From assembly GCA_024762935.1 (NCBI GenBank), contig JANTGK010000003.1:1-60517 (forward strand): a stretch of 60,517 nucleotides of DNA, read 5' to 3'. Made by a program: the position numbers and the translations under genes. Positions 58,590 to 60,517 of the stretch are shown in pieces; the first letter of the stretch is position 1; each line of letters begins with the position of its first letter. This DNA comes from Candidatus Peregrinibacteria bacterium (lineage in GTDB: Bacteria; Patescibacteriota; Gracilibacteria; CAIRYL01; GCA-016699755). The notes below the pieces were generated by a model. That model saw only the letters and a list, made by a program, of their open reading frames with translations, ran no database searches and was not told where the DNA came from.

Positions 58590-60517
58590 ATGAACCTACG
58601 ATTTTACGTAATCGCAACATTCATGTTAGCGATGAGTGTTGTATCACCTGCTTCTGCAAATGTGTTTACACCACTTCCTTCAGATATTTCTGAACCAGAT
58701 GGTATCTACCTCCCTCTTTCATCGTCAGCAGAAAGAGTAGATGTCGCTACTGCTATTAGTAGTGGACCATGTACCGTAGATGATTATTCTGGATGCACTC
58801 TTGAAGATGTCAACAACGACACAAACCCACGGGATGATTTTAAACCCGAAGTAAAAGTTCACCTCACGATGGATTCTTTCCCCGATGATGGAAAGGCAAC
58901 AAATGCAACTCTTCGACAACGAGGAAATTCTGCACGTTTTCAGCCTCAAAAGTCCTATCGAATAAAACTCGATAGCAAAAAGGATCTCTGGCGAGGAGAG
59001 CGAAAGCTTCAACTCAATAAACACGCCCTTGATTTGAGTCGAGTTGCGAACAAATTGAGTTTTGATCTCATGGAAGGTATTCCAAATCTCCCGAGTCTCA
59101 GAACTGATTTTATGCACCTGTTTATTGATGATGAAGACTATGGCCTTTTTACTCACGTCGAATATGTGGGAAAAGAATATTTGACTCGCCGTGGTTGGGA
59201 TAAAGATTCTGGCGTTTATAAGGCGAATGACTTCGATTTTACTATGAACGATGCCCTGAGGCTTGATGCAAATGGGAAACCACTCGATGAAAAAGCCTTT
59301 GAAATAATTATGGAGATTAAGCGTGGAGACAATCATCAGAAACTCCTCGAAATGTTAGATGCTGTAAATAACACAGGAAATGACTTTGCCAGTAATGTAA
59401 TGGGGAAATATTTTAATAAGAATAACTACCTGAGCTGGATATCTGCAAATCTCCTTTTTGGAAACAAAGACATCATTCGAGCTGACTCTTCTAATTTTTA
59501 TCTTCTCAACCAAAAAGGAGAAGATACTTTTTTCTTCCTCCCTTGGGACTACGATGAGGGATGGGTAGAAAATCCCTATGATACACTCATTAATAGTCAT
59601 CAGTCTCGTGCCTGGACAGGTATTAGTTCATATTGGTCTGTCATCTTACACAAACGGTATCTTGAACAGCCTGGTGCTCTAGATGAATTACGTGAGGCAG
59701 TACTCTATGTCAAAAATAACTATCTCACGCCAGAAATAGTGGCCAATAAGCTCGATGCATATAAACCTATTGTCAGACCATTTGTGAGCACATCGCCAGA
59801 CTTTCAACATCTCCCCGATTCTGGAAGCATTCCTACAATGGAAGAATACGATGCCTACTACCAAGATATGTACACCGCAATAGAAAAGAACTACCAATCA
59901 TTTATTGAGAATAGTGAATACCCAATGGGATTCTGGATTCAATCAGCTGACCTCACAAACGGCGTCCTTACAGTTGCTTGGTCTCCATCATACGATCTTC
60001 AGGGAGACGCCATCACCTATGATGTAGAAGTAGCTTCTTCACCGACATTTCGACCAGAAACAATTGTTTGGAAAACTCTAGGACTCACCGTTACCCAACT
60101 CACGGATGAACCAGGATTACCAGAAGGGAAATACTATGTTCGTATTGTAGCAAGAGATTCTGCTGACCCTGTTCATCATTGGCAGATTTCATACGATGAA
60201 TATGATGTTTTTGATAGAAAATACCATGGTGTTGTCGCACTTCAAACCGCTCAACCTGACCATGAAAATGACCCGACATATTTTAATCCTATTGAACCAG
60301 TTAATCCGGTAGATCCGGTTGATCCTGTAGTAACAAATACCTTCTGTGAAATGGGGGCTGACCCTCAGAGTATTACTGCTGGTCAAGGAACTGCCCTCTG
60401 GTGGTGGACTGAAGAAGTATCGTCAGCAAGTATCGATAATAGTATTGGTGATGTAAGCGTATCAACTCCAACAAACTATGTCTGGATTCATCCAACTCAA
60501 ACAACAACGTATACTAT
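58590..60517 (+). CDS. Secreted CotH-kinase-family protein, 3'-truncated by the window edge (not in the ORF track)
   Basis: Manual translation: signal MNLRFYVIATFMLAMSVVSPASA; RQRGNSAR..QKSYRIKL; LNKH; FFLPWDYD; PVNPVDPVDPV linker; Ig-like module. Confidence 0.85.
   Translation, partial: MNLRFYVIATFMLAMSVVSPASANVFTPLPSDISEPDGIYLPLSSSAERVDVATAISSGPCTVDDYSGCTLEDVNNDTNPRDDFKPEVKVHLTMDSFPDDGKATNATLRQRGNSARFQPQKSYRIKLDSKKDLWRGERKLQLNKHALDLSRVANKLSFDLMEGIPNLPSLRTDFMHLFIDDEDYGLFTHVEYVGKEYLTRRGWDKDSGVYKANDFDFTMNDALRLDANGKPLDEKAFEIIMEIKRGDNHQKLLEMLDAVNNTGNDFASNVMGKYFNKNNYLSWISANLLFGNKDIIRADSSNFYLLNQKGEDTFFFLPWDYDEGWVENPYDTLINSHQSRAWTGISSYWSVILHKRYLEQPGALDELREAVLYVKNNYLTPEIVANKLDAYKPIVRPFVSTSPDFQHLPDSGSIPTMEEYDAYYQDMYTAIEKNYQSFIENSEYPMGFWIQSADLTNGVLTVAWSPSYDLQGDAITYDVEVASSPTFRPETIVWKTLGLTVTQLTDEPGLPEGKYYVRIVARDSADPVHHWQISYDEYDVFDRKYHGVVALQTAQPDHENDPTYFNPIEPVNPVDPVDPVVTNTFCEMGADPQSITAGQGTALWWWTEEVSSASIDNSIGDVSVSTPTNYVWIHPTQTTTYT

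Noticed and set aside
58725-60386. Minus-strand ORFs of 65-203 aa
   Set aside because: Shadows of the plus-strand CotH gene
1-60517. Genetic code 25 (TGA = Gly) as in some Gracilibacteria
   Set aside because: Conserved genes are full length in code 11 and several end at TGA in the expected place with ATGA overlaps

Overview
AT-rich bacterial chromosomal segment read in genetic code 11 (TGA ends argG, dnaX, hflK, clpB and the ABC ATPase, several as ATGA overlaps). The gene content (tandem PilT, SLH/beta-propeller, DsbA, MacAB-type ABC cluster, four-helix-bundle gene, few Shine-Dalgarno sites) suggests a Patescibacteria/CPR organism, probably Peregrinibacteria-like; this is inference. It holds housekeeping and metabolic genes (argGH, dnaX, lgt, trxB, hflKC, clpB with CIRCE, pdxST, typA), a Fur-boxed metal/oxidative-stress cluster, tRNA-Gln(TTG), RNase P RNA and a CotH-kinase gene that runs off the right edge and is absent from the ORF track. 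Main finds: (1) an apparent ribosome-mediated arginine attenuator before argGH (RRR leader peptide with mutually exclusive antiterminator/terminator); (2) a three-gene zinc-ribbon operon built around a 1227-aa membrane-anchored, polymorphic-toxin-like protein; (3) a four-helix-bundle gene enclosed by inverted heptamer arrays, with related 7/8-mer arrays elsewhere including the contig end; (4) an hflKC cassette with a boxA-like site and a long-range closing stem; (5) tRNA-3'-derived tandem repeats, a two-gene deletion scar and a frameshifted PepO signal peptide. All family calls come from motif recognition by eye; no database searches were run.
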